From Acanthaster planci (lineage: Eukaryota): DNA of 64,000 nt. Positions within the stretch are counted from its first letter, which is position 1. Each line of letters opens with the position of its first letter. The notes beneath the pieces are model-generated. The model ran no database searches and had not been told where the DNA came from. It saw nothing but the letters and a program-made list of their open reading frames with translations. A program made the translations under genes and the position numbers. The DNA lies in NCBI RefSeq assembly GCF_001949145.1, contig NW_019091357.1:2152114-2216113 (forward strand), read 5' to 3'. Shown piece after piece: positions 52,055-63,110 of the stretch.

Positions 52055-52138
52055 GACGGCTTTGCACCGCCCGAGGACTTTGAGGATGACACTGTCAGCG
52101 ACCCGGGGAGCTACGACGATCACGCTGACCAGTACTAA
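52055..52138 (+). CDS. MAPRE: MAPRE terminal exon A: DGFAPPEDFEDDTVSDPGSYDDHADQY*
   Basis: Long pyrimidine tract, ccag| phase 0; acidic tail ending in Tyr; AATAAA at 52485, 52824 and 54139. Confidence 0.9.
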   Translation, partial: DGFAPPEDFEDDTVSDPGSYDDHADQY

Positions 52139-54230
52139 AGGGGTCAGGGTACACACTGGTTCACCCGTCCATCTCTTTTGTGTTGGCAGTCGGGTCCTCT
52201 CAAATCACAAGCTGGCCAGTCCCGAGTCTAGCCACGGACTGTTCGGATGACATGCTGCGGAGGCATTTCTTTGTTAGTCCGCGCGACTCGTGGCCAGACT
52301 GGTGGTCGACTTGCGACTTGACTTGTGACGGACTCGGCTTCAATTCTGGTCATCTTGCTTGCTCTTTGTCATTATTTTATTCATAGGTTTTTTTTTTGTT
52401 CATCTAGTTGCGCATAATTCAAATTCGAACCTTTCTTCCTTATCTCTATCCCCTTGTCAATGAAAAGCTGTTTTTCATTTGAAGAATAAATATGAATTAA
52501 CACTTCCTTATGTAACTCGTGGTTTTCATTACCCCCATAACAAAAACTCAAGTAATCGCACACTAGCTACATGCGGTTTCCCTTCTTAACATCAGTGGTT
52601 TTGAATTTTGGAAAAGGGAAACTCTTCAATTCTTCTGTCACTCTGACCCTGTGTTGCATGTCAGTGATTGTAAGTTAATCATTGACAGTAAGTCAAATCA
52701 AATATATCGTAAAACAACATAGAACTGTCAATCGATTTTAGTACTTGAGTCAGTCAAATGTAACTCGGGTAGTATTCTTTAAATCTGTGGGGAAAAAAGA
52801 GCCCCACTGTAATAGGAATCTTCAATAAACCTTTTCAAACAGTTTCCTTTTTAGCAGAGAAGGGGCTCTCTGATGTATTAACCTCCCCAAATCTAATCCA
52901 ATATAAAAACCCATCTCCTCATCTCCAACCTTGACGCTAAGAGGCTTATGTCCTTGGTGTCTACTGTGTCAGTACAAGCGCGGTTGTCGAGTCATTCTTT
53001 ATCTCAAAAGCCGAAGTGGATATATGAATATTGACTCCCTGTAGCTTTTCATTTTTATAATGTCTCTTTTCTAGAAGTCCATCTCCATTCTCAACCTGCT
53101 TCATTGTAGCCCAGTTGATGAACGAAAACCCTTTTTTTTTCACAGTTTTTAGCGAATGTGTGGTGCATATCGGCCATTGTTTTTCTCATCCATGTTGTAT
53201 TGATCTGTGCTTCCATGCTGTACCTGAGACGTAGAGGAATCCTTTTGTTTTTCATGTGGTAGCTGTTAGCTATGATTTGCAAAAGTGTAAAAGAAAATTG
53301 TCGAAAGGTGCCGATTGCAAAAAGGTATTTCGTGCACACATGTATGTTTGTACCTTCTTTGCAGCAGACTGGATCCGTGTCCTGCAGAAGAAATGCTTGC
53401 GATTGCCTGCTTATAATTTATATGTTGCCGCCCTGTATTTGTGAACTTGCAAAAGTTTCATGTAGTTGAATTTGACCTGAATCTTTGCTTGACAGACTCC
53501 GGGTGTAAGAGGGAGAGTATGCAATTGCTTCATTAATGAGAAAAGATGCCCCTTATTGGAAGCACACCGTGTGCACGTACTAGTTCATGCATGCGCGGTG
53601 TAAAGCACATGCCCATGATTTTCGTCACGATGCGCACAAACCAGTTGGGCGGTGGTTTGAGTGCCGGGCATGAGCTGCAGCAGTATTTAAAAGTCGGTCA
53701 GCTCTGTCGCTTTGTCACTTGTACTCGGCGCCTAAGTACAGAACCCTGTTATTTCGCTCATTGTGAAATTTGACTTTAATTTCTCTCTTTTTTCCCCCTT
53801 CATCTTCCATTTTTTTTTTTGTGCTTGTTTGATAGTGGTTGTAAAATATTGAGCTCCTGTAAATACTCCCGCCTTCCCAAGCTAGCTTTGTAAACGTTAC
53901 CAGTCATGTAGCCGAAAATCCAGACACAACAGCTCTGTCCGTAAAATGTTTGTTTGTTTGTGCATCTTGACACCATCTACATGTATTTATTGAGGTGTTG
54001 CTTCTGTGACGGGTCTTGGGGGCAAGAATCCAACACAGTGTGTACTTGGAAAAATGTTTCAATTTTTTTTTGGGGGGGGGGGATTTCTCCATTTCTGAGA
54101 GCAGTTCTGTGGAAAATGGTACATGTGTAGTAATTAGTAATAAACAGGTCCCACTTGCATGTACATTTTTAGTCCGGTGCCACACCTGTCGGTACAATGT
54201 GTTTATGATATAAAATACTCTCAATCTAAG

Positions 54231-54361
54231 AGCCTGTTTGTTTCAGATCGTGATCAGTGATCCGACGTTGGTTCCCCAGCGCTAGATCCCGCCGAATGGA
54301 TGGTGCGAACCAGCACAGGGATCACTGATCAAGATTCAGATCCGTGTGAAACAAACGGGCC
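54231..54361. mobile_element. Small PIF/Harbinger-like hairpin MITE
   Basis: GCCTGTTTGTTTCA...TGATCAGTGATCC / GGATCACTGATCA...TGAAACAAACGGGC. Confidence 0.75.
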
Positions 54362-54449
54362 TTGTATCGTCCCGTTCAGATCCACTCTCCAATCTTAATG
54401 GCATGGAAGTTGTCTCTGCTCACTCTGCTGTTTCGTCTGTCTTGTCCAG

Positions 54450-54551
54450 GATGGCTTTGAGGCACCGGAGGGCGAAGGAGAGGAAGAGGAGCCGGCATAC
54501 TTGGGGGAGGAATGTCTGAATGATGACGGAGACGAAGGCCAATATTATTAA
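54450..54551 (+). CDS. MAPRE: MAPRE terminal exon B: DGFEAPEGEGEEEEPAYLGEECLNDDGDEGQYY*
   Basis: tttcgtctgtcttgtccag| phase 0; second DGFxxPE acidic tail ending in Tyr; AATAAA at 56233 and 57154. Confidence 0.88.
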   Translation, partial: DGFEAPEGEGEEEEPAYLGEECLNDDGDEGQYY

Positions 54552-56021
54552 ATCAGTCACAATCGCGACAATCACATAGTATGCAGTCCAGACTTAGTGG
54601 TTTTTCTGATGCACGGGCCAGTGTCCAAAACGGAGGCCCAGTTTCAAATTGGGAACGTCCGTTTTTTGTTTTTTTTTGTTTGTTTGTTTTTTTTTTGAGC
54701 CGAGAGCAGTTTACCAATCCAGAATTAGCTGACTGCACTTTCCAACCAAATTATCATGAGACATGCATTGCTTCTAACAGACCTGCCAACATGCCGTACT
54801 CCTTCCTGAGGTCAGGCATTAGCACACAATAGATTAAAATTTTGAATGAACTGAAGGCTCATTTAAATACCTTTCAGGAAGGAGAACGACAAGGTCGGAA
54901 GGTCAGTTGTAAGTGGTCTCCGGCCAACTTTGCTGAGCATTCAGTAGCATCACGGGGGGGGGGTGTACAGGTTGGCAGATTGCAATAGGGTGAACATCTG
55001 ATCGAGCAAAACCGGGCTACTGATAGCAGCAAAAATTGGGACATTGAAAATGGGTTCTCAGTGCTGACGGGGAACAGCAATGCTAATCCCAAGTCCAATT
55101 GGTACGGAGGTCAGTGCTTTGCACTGAATTCACAGGGGAAGAGCAAAGCTCGATGCTTGGCTTATAGCCCTGGACGATCGCTCCCAATGTAGAGCCTCGA
55201 ACTAGTTTCTCAGCCTAATACTTGAGAGCTCAGTGAAGTGTGCCAACACTGACTACCCTGTGAGATCAGCAGCCAATTTGATGCACGTGTTGGCGTTACA
55301 TAACTGGGGCGGACATTCCTTTGCTTTGGTGTAGTTAAGATTTAAGAAAACTTGGTGAAAATACCCCCTTGAACTCTGACCTGTCTTGCTTTTTTGGCAA
55401 CAGATAACCCTTAACGTCAAAATGCCTCTAAACCATGTTCACCAGGGAAGGGAAAACCTGTTTGGAAGTGAATCCACAGAAGGCAGTAGCTGCCTGCACT
55501 GTGTGGACATCTTTTGTTCAGAGGTCCACAAAGTGACTGACACATTTGTGCTCGCCAGCAGGTGGAGCTGCAGAGTTGAAAGTGATTGCCCGTGTAGCAA
55601 ACAAACCAAAAAAAACGAACCAGTCAGAAGTAGTGTGCATTATATGTTAACTTAGCTGGTAACCTGTCTTTGCTGAGCGAATCTTGCCTGTTCTCGATGC
55701 CGTTCAGCTCTAGTCTTTAGAATTGGACCCCCGGGTCTGTAAAAACTGTAACAACAAATTTCTCTTCACGTGTTTGGACTGTGCTTCAAGCAGATTCTTA
55801 AGAGGAAAGTAACTTCATGTCAAAAGGGGTATTGACCGCTAACATATAACAGGAGGAAAACAAATATATCTGCCATGGCTCACTGTACCAGAGTTAATTT
55901 TGGTAATTTTTTTTGACGTTGTAGCTGCTGTTATTAAGTTGTGAAAATTGACAGTGTAAATATTAATTGGGCACTGAAGACGTAAGCAAGAAATGGTCAT
56001 AATTGTACAGTGTTGAGAGAA

Positions 56022-56208
56022 TGGCGATACGAGCGTTTCACGGTAGTGCGCCTCCAAGAGTTTGCAATGCATTGATAAATCACAATGCGCGGAATCTGTC
56101 GACATAATGCGCGTCTGGAAAGGGTCGACAGATTTCGCGCGTTGTGATTGGCCAAGGCGCTGCAAACTCTTGAAGGCGCACTGTTGTCAGACTCGCCCGT
56201 GTTGGTCA
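56022..56208. repeat. Long imperfect inverted repeat (~75-85-bp arms, 20-nt loop)
   Basis: AGTGCGCCTCCAAGAGTTTGCA...AATCTGTCGAC / GTCGACAGATT...TGCAAACTCTTGAAGGCGCACT. Confidence 0.9.
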
Positions 56209-57917
56209 CATTTAACTAGTCACATTATTCAAAATAAAAAGTGTTAAGGACAATTACATTAATTAGCAGTCTGCAAAGAAATTAAAGTGAATGCATTTTC
56301 TAAGAATTTAGTTGGTCTCAGAAGAATTGAAAAAGAATGCTTCCAGGAAATTTTTTCCTTGACACTTGGAGTCTCAAAAGAATTTCGGTGGCATAAATTA
56401 GCATATCGAGTTGCTTTGTGGAGTATTTATAACTTCCCACTCAAAGAAGCAGTCGTGACTAGTTGTTTATAGATTGAGCGATCTTCAGACTTAAGAATCT
56501 AAAGGAAACATATGTTTATGCATGTACAATTTTTCGTTTCGAAAATCCTTCATTTCTATCCTGTGTTTATCTCTCCAATATTTAATCTAAAAGTTACACT
56601 TTGTGATCAGTGTTATATTAAGATTTCCGTATTTGAGTCCCCTTTGAAGATTAAGTGCTATCTACTCAACATGGAGAAGTTATGTCAATCTTTTGTGTAC
56701 CAGAAGGGGGCGTTGACGCAATGACTGACCATAATCGGTACTGTGACTCGCTATGGTTTTTTTGAAATTGGGTGTAAAAAATTTGATCCTGCACTGGCCG
56801 AATTTTGGCCTACTTGCCGCGTGGCTAAATGCTAAATGGAATGTTTGGTTTCGGCCATCGAGTTAAATTGGTTTTTATTGTGATGCATTGCCGTCCAACC
56901 TTCAGTCGTGCCCGAAACGGGCTTCTAGAGCTACGGCTAGGTCTATTGTCTGCGCGTCTCAGCGTATTTACAATGGAGTGAGGACCTAGACCTAGCTTCA
57001 GACAACAGAATCGGATGCAACCCTGTAGTTTGAGGTGATACACAGTTTTCTAATTCCAAAGCATTGTCAACCGCTGAACAGCTAGCTGTGAGGGCGCTCG
57101 ATGTTACAGCTTTACTTATTTTCTGAGGCCGAGTTGTCACTGTTCCCCAATCTAATAAAATGTGCATCGACGTATGAAAGTACCAGGCACGCGCCACTGT
57201 GTAGCCAAAAATCACACAACAGATATGGCGGTGGGGCGAGATCAGTTCTCAGCTGAACTAATCTCAAGCGTTGTCGTCGTTCATCTTGGCCAGATCAAAA
57301 TTTGCTTTCTTCAGAATTTTTCTCAGAGCCACGGCCGCATAGGAAACACACACACATGCACATTGTGGTTCTGTGTTCGGCGAAAATTACATGCATGCGG
57401 TAAACGAATTCAGATTTCGTCCATTGACACCTTGTCAAATGGCGAAGAATTAAATACATGTATGAACCTTTTAGAGAAGCAGGAAAGACCTCTTTTGCTA
57501 AATTTTTGTTTTGTGACCATCGAATATCGTTCAATGTACAATAGTATTGGCCCAGCCCCTTTATGTACAGTGCCACGCATTACTGTTATTATTTTGTATA
57601 TAATTCCTCAGTTGAGTTTTCCAGACCGTTTGTATGCAGTTGTGTTTTCTTGTTGGTTTGTCCTTTTTTTGCCAACCATGTTACCAAAAAAGAATAATCC
57701 TTGTGATTTTACATATCGTGCCGAAAATGCATGTCATTAAAATAATTCGTTCAAAAACAGGCTGAAGTCTCTGATTTCTTAATTTATGTCTTGTGGTGGA
57801 TGAGAATTATGTAAATCGATTGCGTCATAGTGACGTCATTACGAAAACGACCAAAAGACACGGACGTGTATAATAAAATCTGGACTCGCAGTGCCCTTAA
57901 TCAGCCAATAGTGATCA

Positions 57918-58061
57918 TTGAATCCACTGGCGGCCATTTTACCGAGCCGAATACAAAGCTTGCCCAGCAATGCCCGCCTTTGTTCTCCCTGGCGTCAATA
58001 GAAGCGAGACAACCCACGCATTTGTATTCGGCTCGGTTAAATGGCCGCTGGTTGGCTTCTA
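57918..58061. repeat. Inverted repeat / small MITE
   Basis: GCGGCCATTTTACCGAGCCGAATACAAA / TTTGTATTCGGCTCGGTTAAATGGCCGC. Confidence 0.85.
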
Positions 58062-58805
58062 TATCATACAAAGGCGTTGCAAGTCCAGGTTTTTTATTTG
58101 TGTCCGTGCCAAAAGGTAGGATCCAGCGTCTAGCCAGGGTCAGAGTTCGTTTCCTGACCTATGGTCATTGCATGGTGTAGTACAGGCTTACCAGGCACGA
58201 AATGGGCACAGAAGTCCAATCCCTATACACACTCCAGCTTCTTGTCGGATGCGGATCTCGACAAAAAACGTAATTAAATATCTATTATGACGACACATTG
58301 AACGTACGTATAATCTCATCCGTGTTGGAACACTGCTTTTTAAAGCTGTTTATTTTCAATAAATATTTTGAAATCGTAAATTGCATACTGTGAACAAAAA
58401 TACTACAGTTCTAACATAAATATTCATTGCATTAATGTATGAAAATATTCCAGCACAGCGATTCTGTGATCATTTAAGAAGTAATTACATGTATAAAACA
58501 ATTTTTTATTTCCTCGGAGCAGACTTAAAAACTCAGTAACAATATTAGAGATTGTGGCTTTAAGTTAAATATGAAAAAAAAACTACTCAACTTGAGTTTC
58601 CGCATTACTAACGCCCTCTTGGGGTAGTCATTTTTAGTCCACATAGGACCCCAATATTTGCACTAAAAAATCTGTCTTGTCTGATAAGATGGGATAAGAT
58701 AAGATAAGAGCAGTATATACATGTCTGTTCACCCTTCAATATGTAGCCTGTCAGACTGTTCCCCCGTAAAAATAGTCAGAAAATCCCCCATTTTCCCCTT
58801 TACAA

Positions 58806-59069
58806 TCAGTTCCGCAAGAACATTTCCAAGATGTCCTTGGCCAGTAGCAGGCGTCGTCTAGCCACCTCGCCGGTCGGGACCGTCAAGCACTTCCCGCCCT
58901 CTCCACCTCGGGACACGATGAAGTCCAGCGAATGTAGGAAGAAGCCCGGGCGCCGGTGGACATCCCACACAGACCGGACGAGGGCGTGGTCTAAGGACAG
59001 GGCGTGGTGCCAGGAGGGGGCGTGGTCCACCGAAGACGTGTCGGGAGAAGACCGGGTGAGTGGGGTCAA
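58806..59069 (-). CDS. Uncharacterised gene, terminal exon (LTPLTRSSPD...RRRLLLAKDILEMFLRN*)
   Basis: tacttttcag| phase 0, GC-rich 264-nt open frame to TGA; minus-strand AATAAA at 58505-58510 and 58349-58354. Confidence 0.78.
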   Translation of the reverse strand: MTPLTRSSPDTSSVDHAPSWHHALSLDHALVRSVWDVHRRPGFFLHSLDFIVSRGGEGGKCLTVPTGEVARRRLLLAKDILEMFLRN

Positions 59070-59224
59070 CTGAAAAGTACACGGAAATGGGACAGATGTT
59101 TAAAGAATTCACTAATTGGACTAAAATTAAATGAACCACTTTATGGAATGAACTTTGCAATCACACAAGGTCTACACAAAAATGAGTAAACATAAAGATT
59201 GTTGCTAATATTTTGTCCACTCAC

Positions 59225-59295
59225 AAGTGCAATAATTCGCTCTGTCTCCGTCCTAGACATGTTGGCCGCAGTCTTGATGGCCGTGTAAGGAAGCT
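59225..59295 (-). CDS. Uncharacterised gene, exon (E)LPYTAIKTAANMSRTETERIIAL
   Basis: 71 nt, ttttgcag|...|gtgagt, phase 1 to 0 exactly bridging its neighbours. Confidence 0.75.
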
Positions 59296-60722
59296 CTGCA
59301 AAACAGTAAACACAAAAAAATCATATTTGTATTCAATGAACGTGTATGAAACGATGGCTAACTCGAATTTCATTCAAAAAGTGGTCGTGTTGACAGTTGA
59401 GCAAAAGCTATTTTTCCACATTTCAGTGCCAAAAATGCTCCCTTTAAATTCCCCGAACGGGAAAAATGCAGGTCGGTGGTTTTACGTCTGGAAATGAGGG
59501 TATACCCTTCACATAACATAAATACACCCGAGTTCCGGTATCTATCACTTGACGTTCAGGTATTATCATAAGACACTAACTATTTTGATGTAGTTTAAAC
59601 TAACTGTATGGACTTTTTTAAAACTCGTTCATTGGACATTGACTAGGGAAGGGGAACTACCCAGGTCCTTTATGGTAGATTGATCCACCAAAGCTATCCT
59701 GAGTTTCTATTTCGCTCGGCGTTTAAATCTCAGAGATTTCGATTAGCGTGACATAGGCCTACTTGGCTTTTTTTTTGTCGAACCGGCAAATAAATGTCCA
59801 CCACAAAATCTACCGAGCAGTTTTGTACTGCACAGGCCATGCTCATAAACTCGAATCCTTGATTCATACTCCGTGCCGTGACATAAAGCCATCTTTCGAT
59901 TCAAAGGTGAAGCAACTTCGTTCTCGGCTGTTTTGTGGATTAGCTCGCGAGTATTTTTTTGCCGCAGTGAAATGTCACACGATTCACAATAATTATAGCG
60001 TGTTGGCCAGGGCTGGCACGCCATGTCGAGTTGTTGACAAACGAGCCAAAAATGAATCACCCTGAAGATCCGCATCTTCAGTCAATTCCATTTTGTTTTA
60101 AATGTATGGTTACAAGTCTAGTCGCTGACTGGGCAGGAAACACGTTGTTACCGCACAGGGCAATTCATTTAGATGCATGGTTCTTCAGCTAGAGACACAG
60201 ACTGACTCACTCAGATCACTGGGGACTTTCAGTAGATTTCAAAACAGTTGGACAACCGGCAGGTCTTTTTTTACCAGAATTGTTTTTGTTGTTTACGGAA
60301 AGGAGAAATCCATACAGAGAAAGTCCCAGCATGAGTCATCTATGTACCTATGTGGGTTCGAAAGTCCTGCTTTTTAGACTACTGCAAATTCTTCCCAAAC
60401 CCGGAAAAAAGCTGGTGATTGACGGCACCTTTGTCAAGCATCTGACAAGTCTTTCACGGGGATTTGGTGGATGGACAACACTACTATGGAGTGCTGTGCA
60501 CATACACTGTGAACGTTGCGTTGAAATTTTACGTGTCAAAGAGTTTCGGTGCCACAAGGTTATTCGACGAAATCAGTCGAAATACATGATAAATCGGTAA
60601 TTCTTAAAAGGGTTCAACATGGTAATTCCCAACTTCAATAAGCTGTTTCTTCTTTTGAAAACTACATGCTTGAAATTTATCTTTTGAGAGCTCTAGTTAA
60701 AGGAATAGAACTGTTAAGTTAC

Positions 60723-61107
60723 CGAGTAAGCCGGTCAGAACATCGCGGTGTTTCAGCAGTTGTCTCGGGGCAAAACCTCGCGGGACTATCACGCACAAGT
60801 CCTCCAACTCGTCTCCAATGTTGCCGTTGCTGTTGTTTGTATTCGCTAAGATGTAGGCCAGGAAGTTTTGCGGATGGTCGTCGTCGTCATTTTCGCCACG
60901 GTTGTTGTGGTTGATGTTATTGTTGTAGTTGTTGTTGTAGCTGTTGACGTGACCTTGCGAGAACTTGAACCCCACGCAGAGGATGAACTCGATCCAGGTC
61001 CTCAGGCTCAGGGCGGTGGGTCTGGCCACGGCGAGGGACGATAGTCGGATCGGGTAGGCCTCGGTGTCGGCCGCGTGCTGCCGGCAGACACGCAGACCTT
61101 CGTTCAC
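60723..61107 (-). CDS. Uncharacterised gene, exon VNEGLRVCRQH...Asn-rich insert...RDVLTGLL
   Basis: 385 nt, tacag|...|gtaact, phase 0 to 1, strong third-position G/C bias. Confidence 0.8.
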
Positions 61108-62295
61108 CTGTAGTAATCACACAAAAAATCTCGAGATTGAGACTCCAGAAACTCGAGGGCGAGCCTCTGAAGACTGAAGATCACAGAAATCTAACCTCAA
61201 CGTAACCACTTTGATGTTTCTCGTGTAAAGTCAAAACGTTAACAGGAATATACTAACTGAATTCGTGTTCTTTTTGGTGACAAATATCCCACAAAAATAT
61301 TTCACGATGATAAAAAATGTCTTTATCTGTTAATTAAACAAGGATTGGTTTTGTAAATGTGTTGTTACCACATCTATAAAAGGAAACAATTAGTTTGAAC
61401 TAATTTTGTTAAGGAAACAAGCACAAGGGTTTGGGGAGTCTTTATCAAACTGACAGCCGTCAGATGTAAGCATCAATGAAGGCAGTCCTCTTTGAATGAC
61501 ACATCGTCACACGCAAGGCCCATTTCCGATCATTGTCTATTGCTAAACTGGCTTATCTGTCCTTTTGCTCAACTGTGCGATATTTTACCATCCTGCGGTG
61601 CACAAGCAAATACTGAAAAGTGCTAAAACTCTACTCCAAACTCTGTTTGCACAGACTTCCAGTCTAGATACACGTCCTGAACAGTCCACATCGCCCACCG
61701 CATTTATTTTAACCCCATCATTGTCCGTAGAGCTATAAATAGCTCCGTGGATGCTTCCCAGGATATAACACGAGGCCCCTCCCCCAGAAGGAAAAGCAAC
61801 ATGCAGCGATAACGGGCCACATCCTCTCAGGGGGTAAATTAAGTTAATACCCCGGTTCCGCTGTTGCGCGCTTCCCCCCGCCGCAGCAGGAACAATGTTC
61901 CTGGATGTTTCTCTCACTCAGAATAAGGGGCTTAAGTATGCTAGCACTCACAGAGCGCAGATATGAAGTAAATGTATCAGTGCGCGAAATTAAACCCTTC
62001 CGATTCCACAAGCTCCTAGCTTGAAAATTCATGAACTCGATTTTATTTCGGTTTTCCGGAGACAGGATACATGATCAGCTTAGCTTACGCGAAACGCTAG
62101 CTGTTTGTAACACAACGCTCTTAAAGACATTTCCCCATATTATTTTGCGAAACTTGGGCAGCACCAGATATGGGTGGAGCTTAAAGAATTCAACATTTAC
62201 AACTTTTTATAACCATGGTAACTTACAAGGCATAGGAAGTGCGCCACTGTGGACTTGAAATTTCCCTCCAACGTGTACTGAATCACCCATCTTAC

Positions 62296-62378
62296 GCACT
62301 GCGTCCAACTGCGCAGGCGCGGCTGCAATCTGGAAATGACGTCAGACGCTGACGAGGATGACGAGCTAATAATGGGAT
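62296..62378 (-). CDS. Uncharacterised gene, exon (D)PIISSSSSSASDVISRLQPRLRSWTQC
   Basis: 83 nt, tttctag|...|gtaaga, phase 1 to 0 bridging its neighbours. Confidence 0.72.
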
Positions 62379-62682
62379 CTAGAAATAGACGAAAACAGCA
62401 ATTAAGGAATGTAATTTCAGACCTGAGCCGCTTAAAAACCTCAGAGAGTGATATTAACGAACACAAGACGATTTTCTGGAAACTGCGAGTTTAAATAAAT
62501 GGAACGGAGATTTGTGAGTGTCAAGTCGATTTGTAAACATTTCTTGGTGGGGAACGTTTCTACCTAAAAGAGTCAATCTTGCGGTTTGACTCTATTCACT
62601 GAAAATTGCAAATCCTGATAGAGACAGACTCTCGAAAAAATCCCGTTTAAACAGACTCTTGATTCTTCTCAGGGCTCCTTAC

Positions 62683-63110
62683 CTGAACTCGCACACCTGT
62701 GTGTGTGTCGGGACAGGTTCTCGACATTCCTTGAGGTCGAGGGTGACACTGACGACAACCACAGCGACAGCGTTGAAGAGGTTGCCGGCGGCGACAGGGG
62801 CGGGGCCGTGGGCACTACGCGGGAGGAAGAGGAGGAGGTGCTGGCTGCTGTCGAGAAGGAGGAGGGCGGAGCCGACGTCGAGGAGGCAGAGTGGGCGGAG
62901 GAGGACGATTCCAACGATGACGTCGAGGTGTCGCTGCCCCAGCTCATCCGGTTAATGCTGCGCCGCCGCTCAGGCCTCGCGACGAGGGCCGTGACCGACT
63001 CGTTGAAGATCTCCTCGTACGAAGGGGGCGCATAGAAGAAGGCGGAGCATTCGCTGTAGGAAGGGGGCGGCTCGTTTGTTGGGTCTGGAGCTGTTTGTGT
63101 CACCTGCCTC
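62683..63110 (-). CDS. Uncharacterised gene, Ser/Pro-rich exon with PPPSY, PPSY and PTAP motifs; 5' end of gene unresolved
   Basis: GC-rich open frame, donor G|gtaagg phase 1; acceptor at 63111-63112 (or 63104-63105). Confidence 0.78.

Noticed and set aside
59743..60075. 110-aa minus-strand ORF inside the unknown gene
   Set aside because: Splice phase does not fit the flanking exons, whereas 59225-59295 bridges them exactly.
62703..63035. Acidic plus-strand ORF (EEEEEV...)
   Set aside because: Antisense of the Ser-rich exon; splice signals and motifs support the minus strand.
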